A program made the translations under genes and the position numbers. Shown in pieces: positions 39,857 through 50,724 of a DNA stretch of 64,000 nt (positions within the stretch are counted from its first letter, which is position 1; each line of letters opens with the position of its first letter). The stretch is from the NCBI GenBank assembly GCA_028534125.1, contig CM052816.1, forward strand, positions 34,350,001 to 34,414,000, read 5' to 3'. The notes beneath the pieces are model-generated. The model saw only the letters and a program-made list of their open reading frames with translations. It was not told the DNA's origin and ran no database searches. The stretch is from Lama glama (taxonomy: Eukaryota).

Positions 39857-40633
39857 TGATAAAGGAGATAAGGGGTTCAAGAAAGAGGCTCAACTATCAG
39901 AAACTAGGGTGACCTACCTAGGCTCCATTCTCACGGGAGGTCAGAGAAGCCTACCCCAGGACAGGGAAGCAGCCATCTGCAGCCTCACCCCTCCTAAAAC
40001 TGCAGGACAGCTTAGAAGTTTCCTGGGGATAGCTGGGTTTTGCCCCATCTGGATCCCTAATTATGGTCTAACAGGGAGACCTCTATGTGAAAAGTTGAAA
40101 GGAAAGGATGACGATCCTTTTGAATGGAATTCAGAATGTGGAGCACTTTCAAGAATTGAAAAAGCAGTTACTTCAGGCCCTGCCCTGGCCCTACCAGAGT
40201 TAGCTAAACCCTCTGACCTTTTCATTCATGAGAGAAGGGGAATTATCCTTGAGGTATTAGCTCTAAAACTGGGACCCCCTTAATCTGGTGGTTGCTTATT
40301 TCTCTAAACAATTAAATCAAACTGCTGAGGGACGGCCTCCTGGCTTCAGGGCAGTAGCAGCTATTACAGCCCTGCTCAAAGAGGCTGAGACATTAATGTT
40401 TGGTCAACCAGTCCCTGTGTAGACTCCACACCAGGTTCAGGCTTTATAAGTTCTAAAGGAACAAAATGGCTGTTCCCTGGAACGTCTATTCAAGTTCAGG
40501 CTAGGTAACCGTACAACCTGGCACACGCTAAATCCTGCCATCTTGCGACCCAGGGAAACGCGGCCTCTGGCATGATTGTATAGAAACCACAGACAAGATC
40601 TATTCCAATTGCCCACACCTAGGAAGTCAGCCT
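39855..40633 (+). pseudogene. pol: Retroviral pol fragment (RT C-terminal palm/thumb, connection/tether), frameshifted with stops
   Basis: ADKGDKGFKKEAQLSETRVTYLG..QLRSFLGIAGFCPIWIPNYG..PALALPELAKP; then VAYFSKQLNQTAEG..RAVAA..GQPVPV*TPHQV; then TLNPAIL..HDCIETTDKIYSNCPHL. These are MLV/ERV1-type Pol motifs. YxDD, RNase H core and integrase are absent. Confidence 0.93.
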
Positions 40634-40639
40634 CAACAT

Positions 40640-40809
40640 CAGGGCACAGACAAAAGAACTGGATACCTTCATTTTCAGGAAAAATTGGACACATAACCAT
40701 TATTCTCTTGCTAATATTTGGGCCATATATCTTAAATTGTCTGGTGTCCTTTGTCTTCAAAAGTTTAGACAAATGGTGGTCACTCAGGGATGTGAACAAT
40801 CAGGGCTAA
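40640..40809 (+). pseudogene. env: Retroviral env remnant (TM membrane-spanning segment and cytoplasmic tail)
   Basis: NWIPSF..ITIILLLIFGPYILNCLVSFV matches the gamma-type TM motif LLLxFGPCILNxLVxFV. Confidence 0.85.
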
Positions 40810-40969
40810 GACCTCGAGACAAACACATCTAAAGGTGGCTGGGGAGAATCCCTGCTCCTCCGTCTGGGGTTATGATGGTGCCCAAACCCAACTGGAAGTC
40901 ACAGAAGTTGGGCCTGTGGCCCCCAGTGCCCTTCAAGAATGAAGAGCAGGACAAAAGACAAAGGAGGAA

Positions 40970-41414
40970 TGTGTGACCAGCAAATCCCACTGCGTCCCTG
41001 GAAATTAAAATACAATCTGGGTAATAAAATAAGGTCTAACTTTTCCCCCCCTTTTGCTTTGTGCCTAGTCTAGTTTCACTCGCGCATATGGTGCCAGGTG
41101 CAGAGGCCTTGCACTCAACACCTCAGCTGGGCAGACCATGTGCAGGGGCGCTGCACCCAGCACTTAGATCTGGAGCACAGGGAGCAGCACCTGATTGGCA
41201 AGAATCCCACCCCCTTCCTGCCGACAAGCAGCCCTGCGAAGGGCCTTTTGGGGAGGGGGTGTAATCTAGAGCACCAACTCTAACCTTTCCATTCATTGAT
41301 CAAAGAATAAAACTTTTCCTTTGCTTCTGAACCAAACTCACTCTCATTCTTCTAGGTCAAACACCACCAGGCAGAAGGATCCTTCAAGCTGGATGCTTGA
41401 AAGGATTTGTAACA
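40970..41414 (+). mobile_element. 3' LTR of the deleted provirus
   Basis: Begins TG immediately after PPT AAAAGACAAAGGAGGAA, intact AATAAA at 41306-41311, ends TGTAACA. Confidence 0.9.
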
Positions 41415-41479
41415 GGTGTATTGTTAGAAAAGGAAAAAAATAATGAAATTCCCATAAAGCTGTACTCATAGAAATAATA

Positions 41480-41995
41480 ATTTATCCATTCATCTATTCA
41501 AAAACTATGTTTGAGTGCTGGCTTCAGGGATGCGGAGTGAACAAGCCAGATGCCCCGACTCTTATGGAACTTATAATCAATGGATGGGAGATACAAAAAC
41601 AAAAGAAACAAGTGAATAAGTAAATGGAACAATTGCAGAGTGTAGCAAGTGCACAAAGAAACAAGAGGCCACCAAAGAAAATCACTGGGTGGGCAGACCA
41701 ACTATTAGGTTATGTGGTCAGTGGACCCACTGGCCACAGTCACCCAGGGAGAAGAGCTTTCCAGGCAGAGGCAGTGAGGTCTGCAAATGCCAAGGAAGGC
41801 AAAGGCTAGCAGCGTTCAGGAAATGGCAAGCACACGTGTAACTGGAAGATGTGACTGAGGAAGAGAGGAGCATGACAAGAAATCATAGAGGTGGGCAGAG
41901 CCAGAGCAGGTAGAGCTGGCAGACACTACTGAGGGGTCTGGAAGTTTTTCTAGGAAAACGAGAAGCCAATTAAAAGGTTTTTAGCAGCAACAGTG
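41480..41995 (-). mobile_element. L2 LINE fragment
   Basis: CATTCATCTATTCAAAAACTATGTTTGAGTG.., TTCCAGGCAGAGG..TGCAAATGCC, antisense L2 3' end. Confidence 0.75.
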
Positions 41996-42127
41996 TAAAT
42001 GTATATTGAGTACTTCCTTATGTGCCAGACATTGGGAGGAAATTAAGAGCATAGATCTGAAAGCAAACTACTTGGGTCCCAATCCTGGCTCTGCTTCTTG
42101 CCAGCCATGGGACCTTGGGACAGTCAT

Positions 42128-42600
42128 TGTGTCACCAGCAAAGCCCACTGGGGTCCCTGGGAAAAATAAGATGGAGTCCAGGTGTTAAGGTCTAACCGCT
42201 TCTTTTGTGCTTAGTCTGGTTTCACTTGCCTATAGGAGGCCATGTGCAGCGATCTTGCACCCAAAAAGTTGGATTCAAGTTCCCAGGGCAGAACCACTGC
42301 GCCCAGCACCCGAACCTGGCATGCCCAGCACTTCAGTCTGCAGCGCCCTGAGGAACACAATTACATCTGACCCACAAGAACCCCTCCCCTTGGCCACCCG
42401 AGAGAACCCCATTAAGCAGCCCACCAACAGCCTTTCAGGCAGAGTGTGTGCTCTAGAGTGTGAGCCCGCACCTCTCCATTCTTTGATCAAAGAGAAAAAC
42501 TTTCCTTTGCTTCTGAACTGATCTCGGTCTCATTCCACTGGCACAAGCAACACCAGGCAGAGGACCCTTGCTAAGGCTTGACTCAAAAGAGTCTGCAACA
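42128..42600 (+). mobile_element. Solo LTR of the same ERV1 family, inserted into a MIR (MIR halves ~42040-42127 and ~42601-42700)
   Basis: TGTGTCACCAGCAAAGCCCACTG..TTGATCAAAGAG..CCTTTGCTTCTGAAC..CACCAGGCAGAGG..TGCAACA; the flanks join into a MIR. Confidence 0.88.
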
Positions 42601-42719
42601 ACAGAACTTTCTGGGCCATCACAGCCTTGTGTGAGGACTGATCGAGTGAAGTGCCTAGAACAGGGCCTGACTCCCAGTTAAGTGCTCCACTGATGTTTTA
42701 ATTAAACTCCTCACATACA

Positions 42720-43212
42720 TTGGCTTTTTCCATCCCACTTAAAACATTAACCTAAGTCCTCCCCGTAGCTTACAAGGCCCTACGTGGTTGGGCTACTTCT
42801 CTATCCTCATTTTCTATGCCTCTTCCCTCTGTCACCAGCTTTCAGTCATTCCCCAAGCATACGAGGTGTGTTCCAATCTCAGGGTTTTCTATGTTCCCAC
42901 TACCTAGAATATTCTCCCCTGAGAGAGCAGCCGGCTTTCTCCCATCGTCCACCCTAGTCTACTCAAATATTCCTTGGTCAAGAAGCTTCCCTAACACCTT
43001 ACCTAAAGCTGCAGTTTCCACTACCCCATCTACTCACCCTGCTTCATTTTGCTTTTCCCATCACTCAGGACCTGACACTCTTGTATTTCTGTGTTGGGTT
43101 TTTCATTGTCTGTGTCCTCCGTGGAGGCAGAGACTATTTTTGCAATGATACCCTTACTACCCAGAAAAAAAAATAGATGGACAAATGAATAAACAAATGC
43201 ATGGTATGAATG
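42720..43212 (+). mobile_element. L2 LINE 3' fragment
   Basis: GCTTACAAGGCCCTAC..CTACCTAGAATATTCTCCCC..CTACTCAAATATT, ending in AATGAAT-type repeats. Confidence 0.7.
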
Positions 43213-46200
43213 AACACTCACAAGTGCCTAAGAGTATTGCTGTGTCACGGGAGAGAAAAGGAAGGCCTAGTAAGGAAAATCGAGCCGCCCAAGATGGGCT
43301 GTGTCCACGCCTGTGGCCTTAAACACGTCAGGGCTCCAGTCTGCACTGGGCTCCACACTGACCCAGCCAGCCCCAGCCATGCCCAAACACCTGCGCCCAG
43401 CCCCTGTGATGTGACTAGCTGCTGTCACCTCCTGGCAGGAGAAGGGAGAGCAGGCCCTCCCCAGTGCCTCTGCCCCACTGCAGCACACCCGGAGTGACAT
43501 GGGCACGAGTGGCACACACAGCTCCGCTGCACCCTCCTTTCGTCAGACCTCTGTGCCATTTCTCCATCACATCGGTGCCTGCTGAGCCACCACTTCCCCC
43601 TCTCCCAGCTCTTCTTCCTCTTGATCTTTTCTGGGCAGACTCAGAGATGCAGGCTACGTGGGAAGGAGGGAGTTGTAAACAGATAATCTCCTTTGATGCC
43701 TTTCCCCAGCTGCCTACATTCTTCAATAGAAAGGCTACCTCCTTCTGCCAGAAACCTCTGGATGGTACCTGACCTTCTGTGGTTTGATCTTTTCTCAGCC
43801 TGTCTTTGCAATTCCCTCAAACCTAGTTTCCCTTTCAGTGTCCAGAATACTGATTTATTTTGAAAGAGCATCATCAGCTATGTCTTCTCTGCTCCATAAG
43901 TTAATCAATAACGGAGTCCAGCCCAGCAGTGGATCAACTGATACTGCCCTTCTGCTCAGCTCAGCCTTCCTACTCTGCCTTGCCCGGGGTTAGGAGGGCA
44001 CTGAGTTCCAGGGCCTGGGAGGGGCCGGGCATACCAGGAAGCCAAATTCCAAGAGCAGATCAATCAATCTGCAGAAAGTAGGGTAAGCCCGGCTTCCTTT
44101 TTGAGGGTAAACCTGTACTCTGCTAGCTTTTTCAGAAGGAAATACAAAAAGAAAAATTCATGCTGCTTCCTCTCCCCTTACTTCCATGGAACCCTGAACA
44201 TCCTGGGAGGAAACATGATAGCGAGACACCTCCACCCCAGCTGAATGTACTATTTCAGGCTCCATCTCCCACTTACTTCTCCAAGCCTGCAATCTGCATT
44301 GCCTTCAAAACCTAGAATTTCCCTCTCTGCGTAGCCCTGTCAGACTCACAACTGCAGCAGCCACGTCATGTTAGGAGGTGTTAATTTAAGTAGACTTCCA
44401 CCCTTTGCTTTTCCCCTTCTCTTCCCTCATCAAAGCGGGTAGCCAGCTCTTTGATTCATTGCCTCAGGGCAGATACACGACAGAGTGCAAAACAGGAAGG
44501 CTGCTAGGTTTTCTGCTCTGTGTTTCCTTTACCCTACACCCACTGAGGAGACAAGGGCTGACAGAAGAGGAGGAGGGGCTGGGAGAAGCAGTGGGGGCAG
44601 GAGGGGATTCCCTGCTTGGAGGAGGAGAACAAGCTTCTGGCACCCAGAGAAATAGTCCTGCTCCTTGGGGGTGACTTCGGGCACAAAGACCTCAGAATGA
44701 GATGGGACACAGGCACCCAAGTGGTGGGACCCTAAGCACAGAAGATCCTTGGCTTCATCAAAGTGGCCCACATCCCACGTGATGTGGAAACAGATAGCTA
44801 CCAGATGTCAGGAGACACTGTGGCTTTGGAAGGTGATGATGCCAGCAGTGACCACAGTGGACTTAAAACTAGAGAAACTTTTTTTTTTTTTTTTTTTTTT
44901 GCAGACATCCTGTAAGCCCTCCCTCTACCCTAGGCTTTGGTTCAGTCCGAAGAGAAAGAAGGAGCCCCAGCTGAACAGGAGTGGGCACTTAGAGTCCTAA
45001 ATCAGGTTGGTCTCCACAGGAGGAAAGAAAACCCGCATTGGTTTTTTCGGCAATGGAGTTTGTTGGAATGAGATTTATACATAGCTTTAGACCATCCTGC
45101 TGGTGTTTCAGCATGCTTCCCCCAGATGCTAGTTCTCTGAAGTCTACTGTAAACACCCATCAGGTCCAGGCAGTGCCCAATTTCATGCCCAGCCCTGGCC
45201 TGCAGGCTCACCCTGCTTGTCTGTGGAGGAGAGGGGACATCTGTAGACAGACATCTTAATTCACTAAGGCTTACTGTGTTGAGCAATTCATTTCTCATTT
45301 TCTTCATATCATATAAACACCTTGAATCAAGCATTTGCAGAACTCAGTTAACGGTGTCTCCCCAGAGGAAAAGCTTGTAGTTACCTGGCTCCTTCGCCAC
45401 CGCTACGTAGAATCACTTTCCTAGGGACTCCCTATTAGGAACGCCCTTCAGATCTCTCTGCTCTTCATCTCCACCACCATACCCTTATTTAGGACTTCAG
45501 AACTCTTGCTAATACTGTCTTAATCAACATACTATGGCAGACATTTAGAGAGTACTTAAATGAATATGCAGTAACAATGAAGTAAAGAACCATATAGCAT
45601 GTATTTTATTACCTAAACTTAGAAATCCATAAATTCTAATATTGATTATTGGAATTTATTCTACAGAAAGACTTACATTTGATAGGCATCTTTATTTTAC
45701 TATTTTCTAATATGCATCAGTTATCTTGTCACGTAAGGGTGTTGGAACCTTGTTTTGTCCAAATGCTAACATCACTTGAGGTAAACCAGCATGATTAGGG
45801 AATCTGTCAGAAAACCCAGCCTATGAACCAGTCATCAGCCTTAATTCAGTTTGGGAAGCCAACTAAGTTCAACGGATGTCTCCTAATAAAGTCAGAGCTC
45901 TTCTTATTCAATGCTCCAACAACCACAGTTTTGCAAAACTGCTCTCAAAAACAAGTGGATGCCAGAATTGAGATGGTTATTCTTTCCTGGTGGAACTGCA
46001 TTTGAACAGACAACTTACTAGAAATATACATTCCTTTTCCAGCACTACAGCAGCCAGGAAAGGGGGTTTGTGTCAGTGGATGTAAATTCATTAGATTTTA
46101 TTTCATAATTGTGAAGATGGCAGGATTTGGTGATTAATGGTAGGAAACTTGGACACAAGATGTTGTGAGAGCCTATAAAATATGACACTGCCATCGACCA

Positions 46201-47514
46201 GACACAGATGTGCAGGATGTGTTGTCAAGCCTCAACAAGTAAACCTCCAACAGCATCCTCCAACAAGAAAATAGAGACTAGCCTTCTTGTGCCAGAAGAG
46301 AGTATGGAAGGAAAGCAGGTGCTTCACTGAGAGCCCCACGCCTCCCCTCTTACAAGCATGGATGTAACCCACGACAATTTTAGTCTTCATAGGAAGAAAG
46401 TAAGCACTGCATTCCCAAATGATTCTTTACCTTGAATTCATTTGCTAACTACTTACACTGTTGCAAGAAGGTAACAAAACTGAGTTTCTTGGATTTTACA
46501 TAGATTTGTACTGCAGATGTATTTGGAATCAGTTTTCTGTGGATTCTTCATTGCTACAATAGTTCATTCTTGTCAGTATATCCTTTTCCCCTGGTTTGTG
46601 CTCATGCCCTCACCACTCTACTAGAACAGATGTTTCATCTAATGTTTTATTTTGTGTAACTCAGGAGCTGCAAATGACTCCTGGGCTTCACTTAGGACAG
46701 GCTGCTGATGGACTAGCTGTTCTCCTCCACAGACCTCTAGCCAGGCATCCAGCAGCCACATCAGTCAATGCATTCTGCCCTGTTAGACCCTGCCACCTCC
46801 ATTCCCATCCATGCAGTTAACCCCTCGGCCTCCAGTCAAAGTTTGAGAATCGTCTTTTGGGATTTTATTTCACCCTGTGCTACCTGAAGCAGAACTCATT
46901 ATCTTGAAGTTTCATCATCTAAAACTTGCAGATCTATGCTGGGTGTCTGTTTATTCAGACAAAATGTTTTAGGAAATGGGGCAACTGCTGAGTGAGTGCT
47001 TTCATGTGGAGAAGTTCTTCTGTACCTCGCCCATTCCATTTCCTTAACAAAAATGGGTCCTCTGAAGATGAAAACCCCAGTTCTAAGAATTAAAAGGTGG
47101 AAATGCTGAGTATGCTACGAGTCAGAGATTTGAATATCACTTTACAGGGATATTACGGTTCTTCTTCCCGCTCCCTCTTTCATGGTTCCCTCTCCCATGC
47201 TTGCTTTCCTAATGTATCCCTCGTGAACCCAAGTACCTTCTAATACTTCGTCAAAGTGTCTCAGGCTTCTAAGACCAGGAGAATAATGACCCTGGCCAGA
47301 AACTTGACAGAGTTTGGAAAAGTACATATAAATCAAGCCAAACATCTTTGATAAAATACATAAAGATAAATTGATTGGTAGACAAACGATGGCTAGATAT
47401 GGATTTATTAACACAGGCAAAACTGCAAGGATTTATATCAAACTGGTAGCAGTGCTCATCACTAAGGAGTAAATTATCAGTGATTTTTACTCCCTTACTT
47501 ACGCCTTTTTTAAA

Positions 47515-47835
47515 GATTACTTTTTTTAGTGAAGTTTTAGGTTCATAGCAAAATTCATAGGAAGGAACAGAGAGGTCCCATATAACCCCTGGCCCACACA
47601 TGCGTCCCTTCCCATTAACGTCCCTCATCAGAGTGAGACGTTTGTTACTACTGATGACCCTACATCGACACATGATAATCCTCTGAAGTCCATAGTTTAC
47701 CATAGGGTTCACTTCTTGTGTCACACATTCTGTGTTTGGACACACGTATAATGACATGTTTCCATCAGTATGGTATACAGAGTACTCCCACTGCCCTAAA
47801 AATCCCCTTTGCCCCACCTATTCATCTCTTCCCCC
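47515..47835 (-). mobile_element. LINE-1 3' end, L1MC-like
   Basis: TTTTAGGTTCATAGCAAAATT..ACAGAGAGGTCCCATATAACCCCTG..AAGTCCATAGTTTAC..AGGGTTCACT, an antisense L1MC-type 3' UTR. Confidence 0.85.
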
Positions 47836-48339
47836 CATTATTTTTTTCTATTTTCTACAATGAGAAATTGTAATTCCATAAGGAAAAACACGTTTTATAG
47901 TAGAGTAAAACTGGATTGGTCTGAAAAATTTTGACATGCTGGGGAAGATTATAACCACCACTTGGACTTCTTACATAATTACTCAAGAGAGAACGTGGAA
48001 ACTGCTTAAATGTTTAAAGTCTAGGTCTGAAAATGCGCAACATTCTTCTGCTATATTCTATTGGACAAAGTAGACACAAGCCAGCCCAGATTCCAGTAGA
48101 TGAAGGCAGCGGAGGAATGACATGTGCATACAGGCAGGGAAGGAATTTAAGACGGCCAGTTTTCAAGATAAGCTACCTCACTCTACCAGAGGAGCCCGAC
48201 AGTCTCAGAGTGTTGACTTCTACCTGCTTCTCCAGAGGAACTCTGGAGAGAAAGTCATGCCTCGTGGTGCCTCAACCCAAGGGAATGCAGCTGGGCTTTC
48301 GTGTTTTCACACCAAAAAGTTATTGATCAGCAAGGAGGG

Positions 48340-49210
48340 TGAACCCAATTAAAAAATAAGAATATGGACAAATATTTCTCCAAAGAAGATATGCAAATGG
48401 CCAATACTCACATGAAAACAGTGTTCCATATCACTAGTCATCAAGGGAATGTAAATTAAAGCCATGGTGAGATACCATTTCACACCCACGAGAATGGCTA
48501 GAATCAAAAAGTCAAATAATGAGTATTTGTCAAGATATGGAGAAATCAGAACTCTCATACACTAACGGTGGGAAATGTAAGTAGCATGCAGCCACTTTGG
48601 GAAACGGTCTGGCAGTTCCTCCAACAATTGCAAGTTACCTATGACCCAGTTAATTCTACTCAGGTATGTACTCAAGAGAAATGAAAATATATGTTGACAC
48701 AAAAAAAACACAGATATGGATGTTTACAACATTGTAGCCAAAAGGTGGAAACAACCCAAATGCCCATCAGCTGACAAATGAGTTAAGAAAATGTGGCCTA
48801 TGCTTACAATGGACTCTTACCTGGTCACAAAAAGAAATAAAGCACTGGTAAACGCCACAACATGGGTGGACCTTGAAAACATTAGGCTGAATAAAAGAAG
48901 CCAGTCACAAGATACCACATATGATCCAATTATATGAAATGTCCAGAATAGGAAAATTTATAGAGACAGAAAGTTGACAAGCAATTGCTTAGGGATGGGG
49001 TAGGGATTAGAGGGTTGAAGGGTAACAGCTGAAGGATACGGGGTTGCATTTTGAAATGATGAAATTGTTCTAAAAATGACTGTGAGGATGGTTGCCCATA
49101 TCTGGGTATATACTAAAAAACACTGAATTGTACATTTAAATGAATAGAGTATGGTATGTGTGGCGAGTGTGTGTATGTATGTTGCCTGTATTGTAACAAA
49201 AAAAAAATTT
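48340..49210 (+). mobile_element. LINE-1 3' end, L1MB-like
   Basis: TTTCTCCAAAGAAGATATGCAAATGGCCAAT..TACCATTTCACACCCAC..GTGGAAACAACCCAAATGCCCATCA..GAAATTGTTCTAAAA..CTGAATTGTACATTTAAA. Confidence 0.9.
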
Positions 49211-49796
49211 CAACTGGTCAAAAACAAAAATGAGGGCATAATGTAAGTTCCCAGGCAGCTCCAGTTGCCTGTGATTGGGGTAAAGTGTTTGGGGCAGCCC
49301 AAGAGTGGTCCTCAAAACAATTACCATGACCTTTGAAAACACACTAAAGGTGCAGGGTAGAGAGGAGAGAAGGTTCACAGGACTGGTAAAAAGAGATCTC
49401 AAGGTATGTCAACTGGATCAGCTTGAGACCTGTACTCATTCTTTAACCAATCACCAAGAAGATCCAAGAAGACACAAAATTCTGAGCATTGAGGTCTGGG
49501 CCCTCTCTCCGGCCACCCCCAAACTAGACTGAGGATGGGGAAGAGGAAGCCTCCAATGGAAAAATGGAGTGCCAGGGCCAAACAGGAAAGGGAAGCTGGA
49601 AGGCCCAAGTGAAACATTCCCACTCTAAGAACACAGATTTCAGGTTTGCTGTAAGGAAATTCTAAACGTGAAGTGGAAAGAGCTGCCTCGGAAGTGACGA
49701 GGCTTCCTGCACAAGAGGTCTGCAAGCAGAGCCGAGCTGTGGTTGCCTGGAGGGTTCACTGAGTGGCTTCACAGGCAGCTTGAAAAGAACCCTCAG

Positions 49797-50245
49797 GCCA
49801 AAGGAGGAAAAGTTTGCAAAAAAGAAAACTTGGAGCCAAAAAGGACACATTTTTTCCAGCCTCATTGTTATGGGTTGAATCGTGTTTCCTGTCCACCCTC
49901 CTCCATCCCCAAATTCATATATTGAAGCTGTAACCCTCATTATTTCAGAATATGACTGGATTTGGAGATAGACCTTTTAAGTGGTAATTGAACCAAAAAC
50001 AGTATCATTAGGATCATCTACCTAGTGTCCTTATAAGAGAGGCAATGTGGGAACAGAGAGACACCAAGGATGTGCTGGCACAGAGCAAAGACAGTGTGAG
50101 GACGCAGCAGGAAGGGGAGCCATCTGCAAGCCAAGGAGAGAAGCCTCAGAAGCAGCTAGCTCCGCCGTCACCTTGATCTTGGGCTTCTATTTCCCAGAAC
50201 TATGAGAAAACTAACTTCTGTTGTTTAAGGAAAAAAAAAAAAAAG
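49797..50245 (+). mobile_element. TSD-flanked polyadenylated retrocopy: ~69 bp unique sequence + MLT1B-like LTR (49866-~50229) + poly(A)
   Basis: MLT1 start TGTTATGGGTTGAAT. The LTR stops at TTCTGTTGTTTAAG and is followed by an A-tract. TSD AAGAA(C/T)CCTCAG at 49785-49796 and 50246-50257. Confidence 0.75.
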
Positions 50246-50257
50246 AAGAATCCTCAG

Positions 50258-50724
50258 TGACTCCCTCTTTCTAGTATCCATGCCCTTGTTTGGACAATGG
50301 GCTGGATTTAGTGACTCGCTTCCAGGGGAAAAGATGCAGGGGAGGTGGTGGGAAGTCACTTTGAAAATGAGGTGGCTTCCATCTTGGGTGTCCTCTCTCC
50401 TTCCCCTGACCTCTTGGTTACTGGCTAGCTGCTATATTACGGGCATCACTATGGAACCCTTGCAGAAGGAACCAATGTCTGGCCACAGCACCTAGGACCT
50501 GCCAACAGCCTTATGAGTTGAGGAGGAGATTCTCCCCTCAATTGAGGCTTGAGATGATGGCAGCCTCGGCTGGCACCTTGATGCAGCCTGTGACATGCCC
50601 TGAGTCAGAGGTCCCCAAGCCACACCAGTTTCCTGACCCACAGACTGTGAGATCATAAGTGTTTGTTCTTTTTAGCTGCTAAGTCTGGGGGTAACTGGTA
50701 ACACAGCAATAGATAGCTGGCACA
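50258..50724 (+). mobile_element. MaLR LTR, MLT1E/F-like (5' tip lies at ~49765-49796, upstream of the retrocopy)
   Basis: TATCCATGCCCTTG..GGGCTGGATTTAGTGACTCGCTTC..GCCAACAGCC..TTCCTGACCCACAGACTGTGAGAT..GCTGCTAAGT..ACACAGCAATAGATAGCT. Confidence 0.8.

Larger units (their letters stand above)
39330..41414 (+). mobile_element. Internally deleted class-I (gammaretrovirus-like, ERV1) provirus: LTR - pol fragment - env tail - PPT - LTR
   Basis: Homologous LTRs at both ends (shared ATCTGGGTAATAAAATAA, GTCTAAC, TTGATCAAAGAAT, CCTTTGCTTCTG, CACCAGGC), pol and env homology between them, purine tract 40953-40969. Confidence 0.92.

Noticed and set aside
39909..40283. 124-aa RT-like ORF as a functional or domesticated reverse transcriptase
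   Set aside because: It lacks YxDD and the N-terminal RT, has no ATG, shows a locally shifted segment near 40140, and the continuation is frameshifted with stops.
40576..40809. 77-aa ORF as a syncytin-like captured env
   Set aside because: Only the TM anchor and tail remain; there is no signal peptide, SU, furin site, fusion peptide or immunosuppressive domain.
46170..46330. TATAAAA box followed by a short ORF
   Set aside because: Isolated motif in AT-rich DNA, and the peptide is unrecognisable.
47269..47817. 182-aa minus-strand ORF
   Set aside because: Its first ~300 nt read through an L1MC-type 3' UTR; no protein homology recognised.
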